DNA from: Actinomycetota bacterium
Lineage (GTDB): Bacteria > Actinomycetota > Acidimicrobiia > Acidimicrobiales > Ilumatobacteraceae
Reading direction: 5' to 3'
Assembly (NCBI GenBank): GCA_963169665.1
Contig: CAUJET010000134.1
Span: 7,804 to 71,803 of the forward strand
Length of the DNA stretch: 64,000 nt
The position numbers and the translations under genes were made by a program. The notes beneath the pieces are model-generated. The model did no database searches and had not been told where the DNA came from. It was given only the letters and a program-made list of their open reading frames with translations. Position 1 is the first letter of the stretch. Every line of letters begins with the position of its first letter. Shown piece by piece: positions 25,605 to 34,541 of this stretch.

Positions 25605-26233
25605 GCGTCACCCACCGTCACACCCGAGGAGGCGAGCTCGGCGCGAAGGCGCTTCAACCCGTTCCTGATCCGACTCTTCACTGTGCCTTCGGGCTCTCCG
25701 AGCTCGACGGCGACCTCGCGGTACGTACGACCGCCGAAGTATGCCAGCTCGACCGCAGCCCGCTCGCCGGGATGGAGCTTCTCCATCGCAGCCCTGACGT
25801 GCTCGGCGAGCGCCAGGTCCCACACCGCCCGATCGAGGTCGTAGCCGCTCTCGGCCGCCTCACGGGCGTCACGCTCTTCACGCTTGCGCCGCGAGGACTC
25901 CGATCGGAGCACGTCGACGGAACGGCTGTGGGCCTGGGCCAGGAGGAAGCTGCGCAGGCTGCCACGCTCGGGATCGAATCGCTCGGGGTTGTTCCAGAGC
26001 CGGAGGAAGACCTCCTGCACCACTTCTTCGGCCCGTGCCTGGTCGGACAGGATCCGCCTGGCCAGGCCGAACACCGCGCCGGCATGTCGGCGGTACACCT
26101 CGCCGAGCGCCTCTTGTTGGAACCGCGCCAACGCGAGCACGAGGCCCGGGTCGGAAGCGGCGGTCAGATCGTCACGCACGCCCTCTGTACGGAGCACCGA
26201 CGGATCCGGATCACGATTCATCGGACGGTCCAT
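25601..26233 (-). CDS. ECF (sigma-70 family) RNA polymerase sigma factor, SigK-like
   Basis: Region 2 VYRRHAGAVFGLARRIL...AEEVVQEVFLRLW; region 4 ERAAVELAYFGGRTYREVAVELGEPEGTVKSRIRNGLKRL. The start is ambiguous (ATG at 26233, 26221 or 26275). Confidence 0.9.
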   Translation of the reverse strand: MDRPMNRDPDPSVLRTEGVRDDLTAASDPGLVLALARFQQEALGEVYRRHAGAVFGLARRILSDQARAEEVVQEVFLRLWNNPERFDPERGSLRSFLLAQAHSRSVDVLRSESSRRKREERDAREAAESGYDLDRAVWDLALAEHVRAAMEKLHPGERAAVELAYFGGRTYREVAVELGEPEGTVKSRIRNGLKRLRAELASSGVTVGDA

Positions 26234-26243
26234 CGACGGCACT

Positions 26244-26292
26244 CGGCACGGTCGTTCGGCACGGTCGTTCGGCATGGTCGTTCGGCATGGTC
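26244..26292. repeat. 13-bp tandem repeat, 3.8 copies (CGGCAYGGTCGTT), immediately upstream of the ECF sigma gene
   Basis: cggcacggtcgtt cggcacggtcgtt cggcatggtcgtt cggcatggtc. The last unit overlaps the stop codon of the upstream methyltransferase gene. Confidence 0.85.
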
Positions 26293-27562
26293 AGTGCGCT
26301 GTGGAGCGACGGAAGCGGCCGACGACCTCCACGTGGTGCGTCTGCGGGAACAGGTCGAGCGATCGGACCTCGTCCAGGGCATAGCCCTCGGCGGCGAGCA
26401 ACGCCGCGTCGCGGGCGAAGGCCACCGGGTCGCAGCCGATGAGCAGCAGCACCGGTGCACCCGTGGCTGCCAGCACGGTCACGGCATCGCGTCCGAGCCC
26501 ATGCCGCGACGGATCGGCGATCACGACGTCGACCGGCGACGGCGTCCACGCCTCGACCGGGCTGCAGATCACGTCGGCATCGAGATCCGCGAGGTTCTCC
26601 ACGGCGTCGGCACATGCGGCCGCCGAACCCTCGACGAGCGTGAACGCCGCCGCAGGGGCAGTCGTCGCGAGCGATCCGGCGAACAACCCGATCCCGCCGT
26701 AGGCGTCCACCACCGAGCGCGCCTCGGCCAACGCGTCGCCACCCATGTCGCTCACCGTGCGCACGAGCAGTTCGGCCGCAGCAGGCCCTGACTGGAAGAA
26801 GGACTCGCCGCTCACGCGATAGCGGCGACCGGCGACCTCCTCGTGCACGACCGCGTCGACGCCCACGGTCACCCCCGCGCCCAATCCCTCGGGCACAACG
26901 ATGTCGTCCGGTCGAGCGGTGGTCCACCAGACGCTCCGCTCGCCCGTGGCTGCGCTCACCCGCAACGACACCTCGTCGGCGCCGGCGAAGCGGGCGTCGT
27001 GGACCAGTTCGTCGAGGAGCGGGTGAGCGACCAGGCAGTGGTCGAGCACGACCGGCTCGTTCGTGCGCGGCCGCCGCAACGACACCCGGCCGGCCCGATC
27101 GACGGCGACGCGCATCGAGGTGCGGTACGCCCACGTCGGCACCGATCCACCGGCGGTCACCACGACGTCGGGCATCCGCGCCGTCCGGCGCAATGCCTCG
27201 CGAACGACCTCGAGCTTGAGCTCGTCCTGACGGGCCGGGTCGGCGTGCTGCCAGTCGCAGCCACCGCACCCTCGCCGGTGGGCGGCGCACGGCGGGGACA
27301 CCCGGGCCGGCGACGCCTCGAGCACCTCCAAGACCTCCCCGCGGGCGAAGTCGCGCTTCGCTGTCACGAGCCGCACCGCGACCTCCTCGCCGGGCAGCAC
27401 GCCGGGGACGAACACCACCCGACCGCTCGCCTCCCGGGCGAGCCCGTCGCCGCCGGCGACCACCTGCTCGATGCGCAGCCGAACGTGTTGCTGGGGAACC
27501 GAGGCCACGTCTGCAGCGTAGGCACGGCTACCCTCGCTCGCGTGTCCGGCTCCGCCCCTCAT
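26291..27562 (-). CDS. TrmA/RlmD-family class I SAM-dependent RNA (uracil-5) methyltransferase with TRAM-like N-terminus
   Basis: Only the last 423 codons of the 912-aa track ORF are credible (ATG at 27560-27562). Cys cluster CAAHRRGCGGCDWQH, SAM motif VVDAYGGIGLFAG, catalytic-region DVVIADPSRHGL...LIGCDP. Confidence 0.88.
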   Translation of the reverse strand: MRGGAGHASEGSRAYAADVASVPQQHVRLRIEQVVAGGDGLAREASGRVVFVPGVLPGEEVAVRLVTAKRDFARGEVLEVLEASPARVSPPCAAHRRGCGGCDWQHADPARQDELKLEVVREALRRTARMPDVVVTAGGSVPTWAYRTSMRVAVDRAGRVSLRRPRTNEPVVLDHCLVAHPLLDELVHDARFAGADEVSLRVSAATGERSVWWTTARPDDIVVPEGLGAGVTVGVDAVVHEEVAGRRYRVSGESFFQSGPAAAELLVRTVSDMGGDALAEARSVVDAYGGIGLFAGSLATTAPAAAFTLVEGSAAACADAVENLADLDADVICSPVEAWTPSPVDVVIADPSRHGLGRDAVTVLAATGAPVLLLIGCDPVAFARDAALLAAEGYALDEVRSLDLFPQTHHVEVVGRFRRSTAH

Positions 27563-27568
27563 CACGCT

Positions 27569-27613
27569 GATCAACCCTCCGATCACCCGACCGATCACCC
27601 GACCGATCCGACC
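27569..27613. repeat. Degenerate 12-bp tandem repeat (GATCACCCGACC-like, about 4 units) in a divergent intergenic region
   Basis: gatcaaccctcc gatcacccgacc gatcacccgacc gatccgacc. Confidence 0.7.
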
Positions 27614-27622
27614 TCCGCACCT

Positions 27623-28324
27623 GTGCCGGAACCGGCACCCGGACCGCGCATCGAGATCGCTCCCAGCGTGCTCCCCGTCGACTTCAGCAAGCTCGGCGAG
27701 GAGGTCGCGGCGCTCGAAGCGGCAGGGGTCGACCGCATCCAATGGGACGTGATGGACGGCCAGTTCGTGCCGAACCTCACGTTCGGACCGTCGGTGATCG
27801 CATCGGCCCGACGCCACACCACGCTCCCGTTCGAGGCGCACCTGATGGTGTACACGCCCGACGTGATGGCCGCCGAGTACGTCGCCGCCGGCTGCTCCCG
27901 GCTCATCGTCCACGCCGAGGCGTGCACCCACCTCCACCGCACGCTCGCCAACATCGCCTCGCTCGGCGCGACCGCGTCGGTCGCGCTCAATCCGGCCACG
28001 CCCGCTTCGGCGATCGCCCACGTGCTCGACCTCGTCGACATGGTGCTGGTGATGACCGTCAACCCGGGCTTCGGTGGCCAGGCCTACATCGGCACCATGG
28101 AACCGAAGATCCGCGAGGTGCGCGACATGATCGAGCGCGCCGGTCTCGGCGACCGCGTCGACCTCGAGGTCGACGGCGGCATCGGACCCGCCACCATCGC
28201 CGGTGCTGCCGCCGCGGGTGCGAACATCCTCGTCGCAGGCAGTGCGCTGTTCCGCGATCCCGAGGGTCTCGCACACGCGGTGAGCGACCTGCGTGCCACC
28301 GCCACGGCGGCATTCCGCCGCTGA
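27623..28324 (+). CDS. rpe: Ribulose-phosphate 3-epimerase
   Basis: In-frame GTG at 27623. IAPSVLPVDFSKLGEEVAALEAAGVDRIQWDVMDGQFVPNLTFGP...HLMV...MTVNPGFGGQ...VDGGI. Confidence 0.92.
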   Translation: MPEPAPGPRIEIAPSVLPVDFSKLGEEVAALEAAGVDRIQWDVMDGQFVPNLTFGPSVIASARRHTTLPFEAHLMVYTPDVMAAEYVAAGCSRLIVHAEACTHLHRTLANIASLGATASVALNPATPASAIAHVLDLVDMVLVMTVNPGFGGQAYIGTMEPKIREVRDMIERAGLGDRVDLEVDGGIGPATIAGAAAAGANILVAGSALFRDPEGLAHAVSDLRATATAAFRR

Positions 28325-28338
28325 CGGTCTCCGACGGA

Positions 28339-29127
28339 TCAGCCGATCCGGTCGAGCCCCGATGTCGCTGCCTTGCGACGCTGGCGTCGAGTGGGACGAT
28401 CGGTACGACTCAGATCGCGCAACGACCGGCCGAGTGCGAAGAACAGGTGCTTCACCACCACGAGGCCGAGCAGCACCAGGAACGCCGCTCCCACCGGGGC
28501 CAGGATCGCCCGGACGACACGCTTCTCCGCGTCCTTCAGCGGCGTGAGCACACCGGTCTCGACGCTCGAGCCGTCGAGCAGGAGCGTGCGCACGGGCGTG
28601 TCGACGCGGGGACAGTCGACGTCGGCATCGTCGGCGCCGGCGATCTCGTTCCCGCCGAACAACGGCGCCGGGGCGCGCACGGTCGACGCCAGCACGCGCG
28701 CCTCCGGATCGACGGCAGCGCCGACGATGTAGCGCTGATCGACCGAGAGGAAGCGCACCTCGTCGCCGTAGCGGACGTCGATCATGCCGCCGACCGAGAA
28801 GCCCTCGATCGAACCCGACAACACCTGCTCCACCTGGTACCGACCGGTCACCGCGTCGTTGATGATCATCTTGCCGATGAACACCACCTGCTCGACCGAG
28901 GGCGCCACACAGCCGGCGGGCACCGGGATGAGTCGGGCGCTGTCGGCCTCCTGGTCCTCGATCGGCGGCAGCGACGGCACCGGCACCGGGTCGGGCAACT
29001 CCCCCGCCATCGCCTGGCCCTGCGGCCACCCGGCGAGGACCGAGAACGCAACGACTGCACAGCCGACGCCGACGAGCGCGCAGACCGTCGTCCGCGGCGA
29101 GCGGCGGTTTGGTCGGCGGACGAACAT
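28339..29127 (-). CDS. Hypothetical membrane-anchored extracytoplasmic protein
   Basis: 262 aa. N-terminal TM/signal region (TTVCALVGVGCAVVAFSVLAG), a C-terminal TM helix (AILAPVGAAFLVLLGLVVV) and a basic tail. No family recognised. Confidence 0.6.
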   Translation of the reverse strand: MFVRRPNRRSPRTTVCALVGVGCAVVAFSVLAGWPQGQAMAGELPDPVPVPSLPPIEDQEADSARLIPVPAGCVAPSVEQVVFIGKMIINDAVTGRYQVEQVLSGSIEGFSVGGMIDVRYGDEVRFLSVDQRYIVGAAVDPEARVLASTVRAPAPLFGGNEIAGADDADVDCPRVDTPVRTLLLDGSSVETGVLTPLKDAEKRVVRAILAPVGAAFLVLLGLVVVKHLFFALGRSLRDLSRTDRPTRRQRRKAATSGLDRIG

Positions 29128-29201
29128 CGCTGGAACGCTAGTGACCCGCCCGCCTCAGCGGGTGGCAGGTCTGGCCGCGACGGCCCCGCCGGGACGGGAG
29201 A

Positions 29202-29975
29202 TCAGCGACCCTCGAACTTCGGGGTCCGCTTCTCCACGAAGGCCCGGATCGCCTCGACGGTGTCCTGGGTCGAGAAGTTCACCGTCTGTGCCGCGCCCTC
29301 GTCGTCGAGGGCCTCCTCGAGGGTGACGTTCATCGAGTTGTTCAGCATCCGCTTCGTCATGGCAACTGCCAACGGCGGGCCACCGGCCAGGCGTTGGGCC
29401 CAGTCGTCGACGAAGGCGTCGAGCTCGGCGTCGTCGACCACGCGGTTGACGAGCCCGATGCGCTCGGCCTCGGCGGCGTCGATGATGTCGGCGAAGAAGG
29501 CGAGTTCCTTGGCGCGGTGCAGACCCACTCGGCGCGGCAGCACCCACGTGCCACCGAAGTCGACCGACAGGCCGCGCTTGGCGAAGATCTCCGAGAACCG
29601 GGCGTTGGTCGACGCCACGACGAGGTCGCAGCCGAGCGCCAGGTTGCACCCTGCGCCCACGGCGACACCGCGCACCTTGGCGATGACGGGCTGGGGCAGG
29701 CGGGCCAGCGCCAGGCACACATCGGCGACGTGGCGCATGGCGGCCAGCTGGTGCACCTGCGGTCCATCGCCCCGGGCGGTGAGGTCGGCGCCGGAGCAGA
29801 ACGCCCCACCGGCCCCCGTGATCACGACCGCTCGGTCGGTGCTGCTGGCGCCGATCTCACGGAAGGTCGCGAGCAGCTCGTCCCACATGACGCCGTTGAT
29901 CGCGTTCTTCTTCTCGGGCCGGCTGAGGGTGATCGTGACGATGCCGTCGGTTCGCTGGACGTCGATGGTTTCCAC
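29202..29975 (-). CDS. Enoyl-CoA hydratase/isomerase family protein
   Basis: 257 aa. VTITLSRPEKKNAI...VVITGAGGAFCSGADL. Confidence 0.9.
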   Translation of the reverse strand: METIDVQRTDGIVTITLSRPEKKNAINGVMWDELLATFREIGASSTDRAVVITGAGGAFCSGADLTARGDGPQVHQLAAMRHVADVCLALARLPQPVIAKVRGVAVGAGCNLALGCDLVVASTNARFSEIFAKRGLSVDFGGTWVLPRRVGLHRAKELAFFADIIDAAEAERIGLVNRVVDDAELDAFVDDWAQRLAGGPPLAVAMTKRMLNNSMNVTLEEALDDEGAAQTVNFSTQDTVEAIRAFVEKRTPKFEGR

Positions 29976-30159
29976 GCGCGGCGACGTTACCGACCGCTGG
30001 AGGCCGAGACGCCATCAGGCGGTGGGCATCGGGCGGCGTCCCTCAGGCGGGACGGGGACCGTCGGCTCGTCGGGGCGAACCTCCGGAGGCGACGGCGGAC
30101 CGCGACCGGCGCTGCCCGGTTGCGTCCCGGTCGCATCCGGCGAGGCGATACTGGACGTC

Positions 30160-30270
30160 ATGGGATTCAACCCGAACCGCAAGCGCGTCGCCCGGCGCAC
30201 CGACATCGTCTTCGTCGCCGCAGCGGTGATCGCCGTCATCGCGCTCGTCGCCTGGACAGCGTTCGGCTGA
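30160..30270 (+). CDS. Possible 36-aa single-pass membrane peptide
   Basis: MGFNPNRKRVARRTDIVFVAAAVIAVIALVAWTAFG: basic N-terminus plus one TM helix. It is the tail of an otherwise spurious 842-aa track ORF. There is no independent support. Confidence 0.3.
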   Translation: MGFNPNRKRVARRTDIVFVAAAVIAVIALVAWTAFG

Positions 30271-30332
30271 CCACCGAGCTGACCAGGTCCGGGTGTCGCC
30301 GGCGGGTGCCGGCGGTCGCCGTGGGGTCGAGG

Positions 30333-30737
30333 TCAGAAGGCGTGCGGGATCCACTCCAGGCGGGTGCCCGTGATCGCGACGACGTCGAAGCGCAGATCGC
30401 CGCGCCGCGTCGGGTGCTCGTCGAGCCACCTGGCGGCCAATCGGCGAAGGATCTGCTGTTTCTGCTCGCCCACCGCGGCCGACGCGGTCCCGAACCGATC
30501 GTTCGACCTCGCCTTCACCTCGACGAACACCACCGTGTCACCGTCGACGACCACCAGGTCGAGCTCGCCGCGGTCGCAACGCCAGTTCCGGTCGACGACG
30601 ACGCACCCTCGACGCTCGTACCAGGCAGCCGCCTGCGCCTCGCCCCACCGCCCGAGGGCCTGCCTGTCTCGACGGGGTATCGGTCGTCGATCCGCTGCCG
30701 CAGCAGTGGCGTCGCCTCCAGGATGTCGTGGATCCAT
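30333..30737 (-). CDS. YraN-family (UPF0102) endonuclease-like protein
   Basis: Track ORF trimmed to the ATG at 30735-30737. GRWGEAQAAAWYERRGCVVVDRNWRCDRGELDLVVVDGDTVVFVEVKAR is the YraN signature. Confidence 0.85.
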   Translation of the reverse strand: MDPRHPGGDATAAAADRRPIPRRDRQALGRWGEAQAAAWYERRGCVVVDRNWRCDRGELDLVVVDGDTVVFVEVKARSNDRFGTASAAVGEQKQQILRRLAARWLDEHPTRRGDLRFDVVAITGTRLEWIPHAF

Positions 30738-30882
30738 GTGTGCCTCCAGCGCTCGCGACCGCCGCAGCATGCGGCGGTCGACCTCGTCGGGGGACGCGGC
30801 GGCAGTCAACCCGCAACGTCGACCGATTCCTCTCGCACCGAGCCGGTCGCGGTATCCGGCTGCGTGGTCGCCGTGCTCGCAC

Positions 30883-30913
30883 GGGCATGGTGTGCGGGCA
30901 TGGTGTGCGGGCA
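30883..30913. repeat. 13-bp tandem repeat (GGGCATGGTGTGC x2.4)
   Basis: gggcatggtgtgc gggcatggtgtgc gggca. It shares the GGCATGGT core and the 13-bp period with the repeat at 26244-26292. Confidence 0.75.
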
Positions 30914-31075
30914 GGGGGCGACACGACATGATCGAGCCGGCGAACGGCGGCGCGAGTCTCGCGGGACCGGCCGTGATCGGCGGCGCCGTCACCACCCTCG
31001 TGCTGTCGGCGTTCGTTCGCCCGCCCGTGGAGCACGGCGAACAGGCCGACCAGGTCGTCACCTGGCGGCTCGGGA

Positions 31076-31936
31076 TCAGCTGAGCGAGCGCGAGCCGCCG
31101 AGGGAGATCACGGTCCGCTCGACCGCGACCTCCACCACCGGCCCGCCGTCCACCTGGAGCTGTTCGCCCATCGCGAACACCTGATCGTCGGTGCGCGACG
31201 GATCATGGTGGAACAGCAACACGCGACCCACGTTGCATGCCGCGCCGAGCGTGACGGAGTAGTTGGCAGCCGCGTGCCCCCAGTTGACGCGGGCGGGCAG
31301 CTCGTGCGCGGTGTACTGCGCGTCGTGGATCAGCAGGTCGACACCTTGGGCGAGCTCGACCGCCGCCGGGTGCAGTGCGCCGAGCCCGTCGTCGCCGGGA
31401 CCGAGATCGTGGGGCGAGTGATCGGACAGGTAGGCGAGCGACGAACGGCCGTCGGAGACCCGCAGTCCCATGGTGCGCCCGCCCTTGTGCGGGATCTCGC
31501 GGGCTGTGACCGTGAAGCCCTCGGCGTCGAAGGTCGTCTCGTCGTAGGTCTCGAAGGTCCAGTCGCCGCGCAGGTCGGTCGGCAGGATCGGGAACATCGG
31601 TGGCGCCATCGCCCGGCTCAGCAGCGCCAACGCATCCTCACCTTGCTCGGGCACCATCACCCTGACCCGGGAATCGGGTCGGTCACCCGCAGCGAAGAAC
31701 GGCAGCCCCATCATGTGGTCCCAGTGCAGGTGACCGAGCAGCAGCGTGCCGACGAAGGCCTCACCGCCGAGCACCTGCGACAGGCGCCGCAGCCCCGTCC
31801 CGGCATCGAGCACCAAAGAGGGGCGTTCGTCTGGATCGTGGCCCACGGCGATGCACGAGGTGTGCCCGCCCACCCGGACGAACTGTTCCCCTGGCGCCGG
31901 TGTCGACCCTCGTACCCCGCACACATGCACCTGCAC
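31076..31936 (-). CDS. MBL-fold metallo-hydrolase
   Basis: In-frame GTG at 31936 (VQVHVCGVRGS...). HLHWDHMMG (HxHxDH) motif, and ...LLIHDAQY...LLFHHDP. Confidence 0.85.
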   Translation of the reverse strand: MQVHVCGVRGSTPAPGEQFVRVGGHTSCIAVGHDPDERPSLVLDAGTGLRRLSQVLGGEAFVGTLLLGHLHWDHMMGLPFFAAGDRPDSRVRVMVPEQGEDALALLSRAMAPPMFPILPTDLRGDWTFETYDETTFDAEGFTVTAREIPHKGGRTMGLRVSDGRSSLAYLSDHSPHDLGPGDDGLGALHPAAVELAQGVDLLIHDAQYTAHELPARVNWGHAAANYSVTLGAACNVGRVLLFHHDPSRTDDQVFAMGEQLQVDGGPVVEVAVERTVISLGGSRSLS

Positions 31937-31999
31937 GATCGGGCACGCTACTGCACCCCTGCCCCGTGGCCACGAACGCCCTAGGCTGCGGGAGCGGCG

Positions 32000-32815
32000 A
32001 TGCCGTCCCGGGAACCACCAGTGCGCCTCCTCCTCGTCTCCGACCTCCACTACTCGCTCCCCCAGCTCGACTGGGTGGTGGGTGTCGCGTCCGAGTACGA
32101 CCTGGTCGTGATGGCGGGCGATCACCTCGACATCGCGTCGGCGCTGCCGCTCGAGACCCAGTCGGTGGTGATCCTGCGATACCTCGAACTGTTGCGCGAG
32201 GCCGGATCGGTGGTCGTCAGCTCCGGCAACCACGACCTCACCGGACCCGACGCCAACGGCGAACAGGCGGCGCTGTGGTTGGCGGCCGCACGATCGGCGG
32301 GCGTCCCGACCGACGGCGATTCGCTCGTCGTCGCGGGACCCGAGGACACGACCGGCGCCGGCGACACCCTCGTGACGATCTGCCCGTGGTGGGACGGCCC
32401 GATCGGGCGCGACGCCACCGATGCCCAGCTCGCGGCCGACGCCGCTCGACGCCCGGCTCGGTGGCTGTGGGTGTACCACTGGCCGCCGGTCGGCTCACCC
32501 ACGTGCTGGACGGGCAGCCGGCACTACGGCGACGCCGATCTCGTCGGCTGGATCGATCAGCACCGTCCCGACGTCGTGTTGTCAGGCCATGTGCACCAGC
32601 CACCGTTCAAGCCGGACGGCGCGTGGGCCGACCGCATCGGCGACACCTGGGTGTTCAACCCGGGCAAGCAGTCCGGCCCGATCCCCACTCATGTGGAGCT
32701 CGACATCGAACCCGGCCCGGGTCCGACGCGAGGGTTTGCCAGCTGGTGGTCGATCATGGGCCGCGAGGAGATCGACCTCAGCTCGCCCGTCACGCCGCCC
32801 CGCACCCTGTTCTGA
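32000..32815 (+). CDS. Metallophosphoesterase
   Basis: 271 aa. LLLVSDLHY, MAGDHLD, SSGNHD and LSGHVHQP motifs. Confidence 0.85.
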   Translation: MPSREPPVRLLLVSDLHYSLPQLDWVVGVASEYDLVVMAGDHLDIASALPLETQSVVILRYLELLREAGSVVVSSGNHDLTGPDANGEQAALWLAAARSAGVPTDGDSLVVAGPEDTTGAGDTLVTICPWWDGPIGRDATDAQLAADAARRPARWLWVYHWPPVGSPTCWTGSRHYGDADLVGWIDQHRPDVVLSGHVHQPPFKPDGAWADRIGDTWVFNPGKQSGPIPTHVELDIEPGPGPTRGFASWWSIMGREEIDLSSPVTPPRTLF

Positions 32816-32860
32816 CCTCGGCCGGGCCAGTAGCCCTCGCGGATCGCCGACCGGCCCGGG

Positions 32861-34495
32861 TCACAGCCGCTGCAGCCGCCGATTCATCTCGTCGAGCAGG
32901 CTCGCCGGCGTGGCGGCCACGTCGTCGAGCGCGTCGAGGAACGCCTGGCCGGGCAAGCGCCAGAGTGTCCCCGCGGTGTGCGCGGTGACGGTGGCCGTTC
33001 GCGGCCTTCGCTGGAGCAGTCCGATCTCGCCGAACCAGTCGTCGCGGTGCAACTCGTTGACCAGCCGTCCATCGACGGTCGCGATGAAATCACCCTCGCG
33101 CACCACGAACAGGTCGTCGGCGATCGCACCCTGCCTGATGACGACGTCACCGACGGCGCACGACACCTCCTGCACCACCGACGCCAGCCGCTGCAGCGCC
33201 GCTGACGACGCCCCCTCGAACAACGGGAGCCCACCGAGTGCGGCCGCGACCGGGCGGACGCGTGCCTGTTCCACGGCCGAGACGCGCCGGAGCCGCTGCA
33301 ACGGCCCGGCGCTGACGACCGCGGCGACACCGGCCCCGGCAGCGCAGGCGAGGAGCGCTCCTGGAACGCCGACCCATGCGACCAGCACCGGTGCCAGGAC
33401 CGCTCCCAGCAGCTTGCCGCCGTTGCTGATCGACCCGATCAGCCCGAAGACGAGACCGAGCGACGAATGGTCGGCGAGCCTCAGCAACAACACCACCGAC
33501 ACCACCTCGAACGCGACGACACACGCCCCCACCACCGCGAGCGCCAGGCACGCGACCAACGGCGACCGGACCACACCGAGCAGCGCGAACGGCACCGCCG
33601 TGAACACCAGCGATGCACCGAGCATCAGGTCGGTCCGTGGCGAATCGGCCAGTCGCGGCGCCAGGGGCATCGCGGCGAGCGCCCCGAATCCGACTGCGCC
33701 GGCGAGCACACCGATACCGGCGCTGCCGAGTCCGAGCCGTTCGTCGGCGACGAGTGCGTACAGCACGAGTTCGCTCCCACGGATGCCGTACATCACCGCG
33801 ACCAGACTGCCTACCACCAGCAGGCCGGGTGTCGCCCACGGCGACCTTCGATCGCCGAGGCCACCGTCGCTCCGGCGTGCTCTGCTCGGTGCCGACAGTG
33901 CACGCACCGAACCGACCAGGATCGCTGAGACGGCGAACGTCGCGGCGTTCACGACGAACGCGACCTCGATCGTGGACCATTGCACGATCGCTGCGCCGAC
34001 GAGCGGACCGACGAAGGTCATCACCTGCCTGACGGTGCTGATCCGTGCGTTCGCGGTGGACAGGCCGGACTCGCCGGCGATGGCCGCGAGACCGGCCGTG
34101 AGGGCCGGTCGGTACGGCGCTGCGAGCACGTAGGCGAGGAGCACCACCATCGTGGGCAGCACCGCTCCCGCTCCGTCGTCGGCGAGCACCGCGAGGACGA
34201 CCATGCACGCACTTCGCCCGAGGTCGAGGGCGACCAACAAGCGGCGGCGGTCGAGCCGGTCGGCGATGGCTCCACCCGGGACACCCAGCAGTGCTCGGGG
34301 TCCGAGGCGCACGGCGACGGCGACGCCGAAGCCGACCGCACCGACATCGAGTCGGAAGAGCAGGGCGACGAATCCGACCCAGAAGACGCCGTCACCCAGG
34401 CCGGACACGACCTCCATGGTCACGATGCGTCGAACGGCCGATCGCCGCGCTGCCGGATCGGGGCTCGCCGGCTCGGGTCGTTCGTGCCGGCTCAT
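32861..34495 (-). CDS. MFS transporter fused to a C-terminal cyclic-nucleotide-binding domain
   Basis: 544 aa. About 12 TM helices, then LPLFEGASSAALQRLASVVQEVSCAVGDVVIRQGAIADDLFVVREGDF...FGEIGLLQRRPRTATVTA (cNMP-binding FGE...R[TS]A motif). Confidence 0.85.
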   Translation of the reverse strand: MSRHERPEPASPDPAARRSAVRRIVTMEVVSGLGDGVFWVGFVALLFRLDVGAVGFGVAVAVRLGPRALLGVPGGAIADRLDRRRLLVALDLGRSACMVVLAVLADDGAGAVLPTMVVLLAYVLAAPYRPALTAGLAAIAGESGLSTANARISTVRQVMTFVGPLVGAAIVQWSTIEVAFVVNAATFAVSAILVGSVRALSAPSRARRSDGGLGDRRSPWATPGLLVVGSLVAVMYGIRGSELVLYALVADERLGLGSAGIGVLAGAVGFGALAAMPLAPRLADSPRTDLMLGASLVFTAVPFALLGVVRSPLVACLALAVVGACVVAFEVVSVVLLLRLADHSSLGLVFGLIGSISNGGKLLGAVLAPVLVAWVGVPGALLACAAGAGVAAVVSAGPLQRLRRVSAVEQARVRPVAAALGGLPLFEGASSAALQRLASVVQEVSCAVGDVVIRQGAIADDLFVVREGDFIATVDGRLVNELHRDDWFGEIGLLQRRPRTATVTAHTAGTLWRLPGQAFLDALDDVAATPASLLDEMNRRLQRL

Positions 34496-34541
34496 CGATC
34501 GCCACGTGCCGTCGGTGCGCCCACCACGTCGAACCGGCGCG

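Noticed and set aside
27563-29029. N-terminal 489 codons of the 912-aa ORF 26291..29029
   Set aside because: This part overlaps rpe (antisense) and the 28339-29127 gene (a different frame on the same strand). The sequence is Arg/Gly-rich noise. RNA-methyltransferase homology begins only near the ATG at 27562.
30928-31083. 51-aa plus-strand ORF (MIEPANGGASLAGPAVIGGAVTTLVLSAFV...) in the yraN/MBL gap
   Set aside because: It overlaps the 3' end of the convergent MBL-fold gene, has no recognisable Shine-Dalgarno sequence and no recognisable motif. It is mentioned only within the gap finding.
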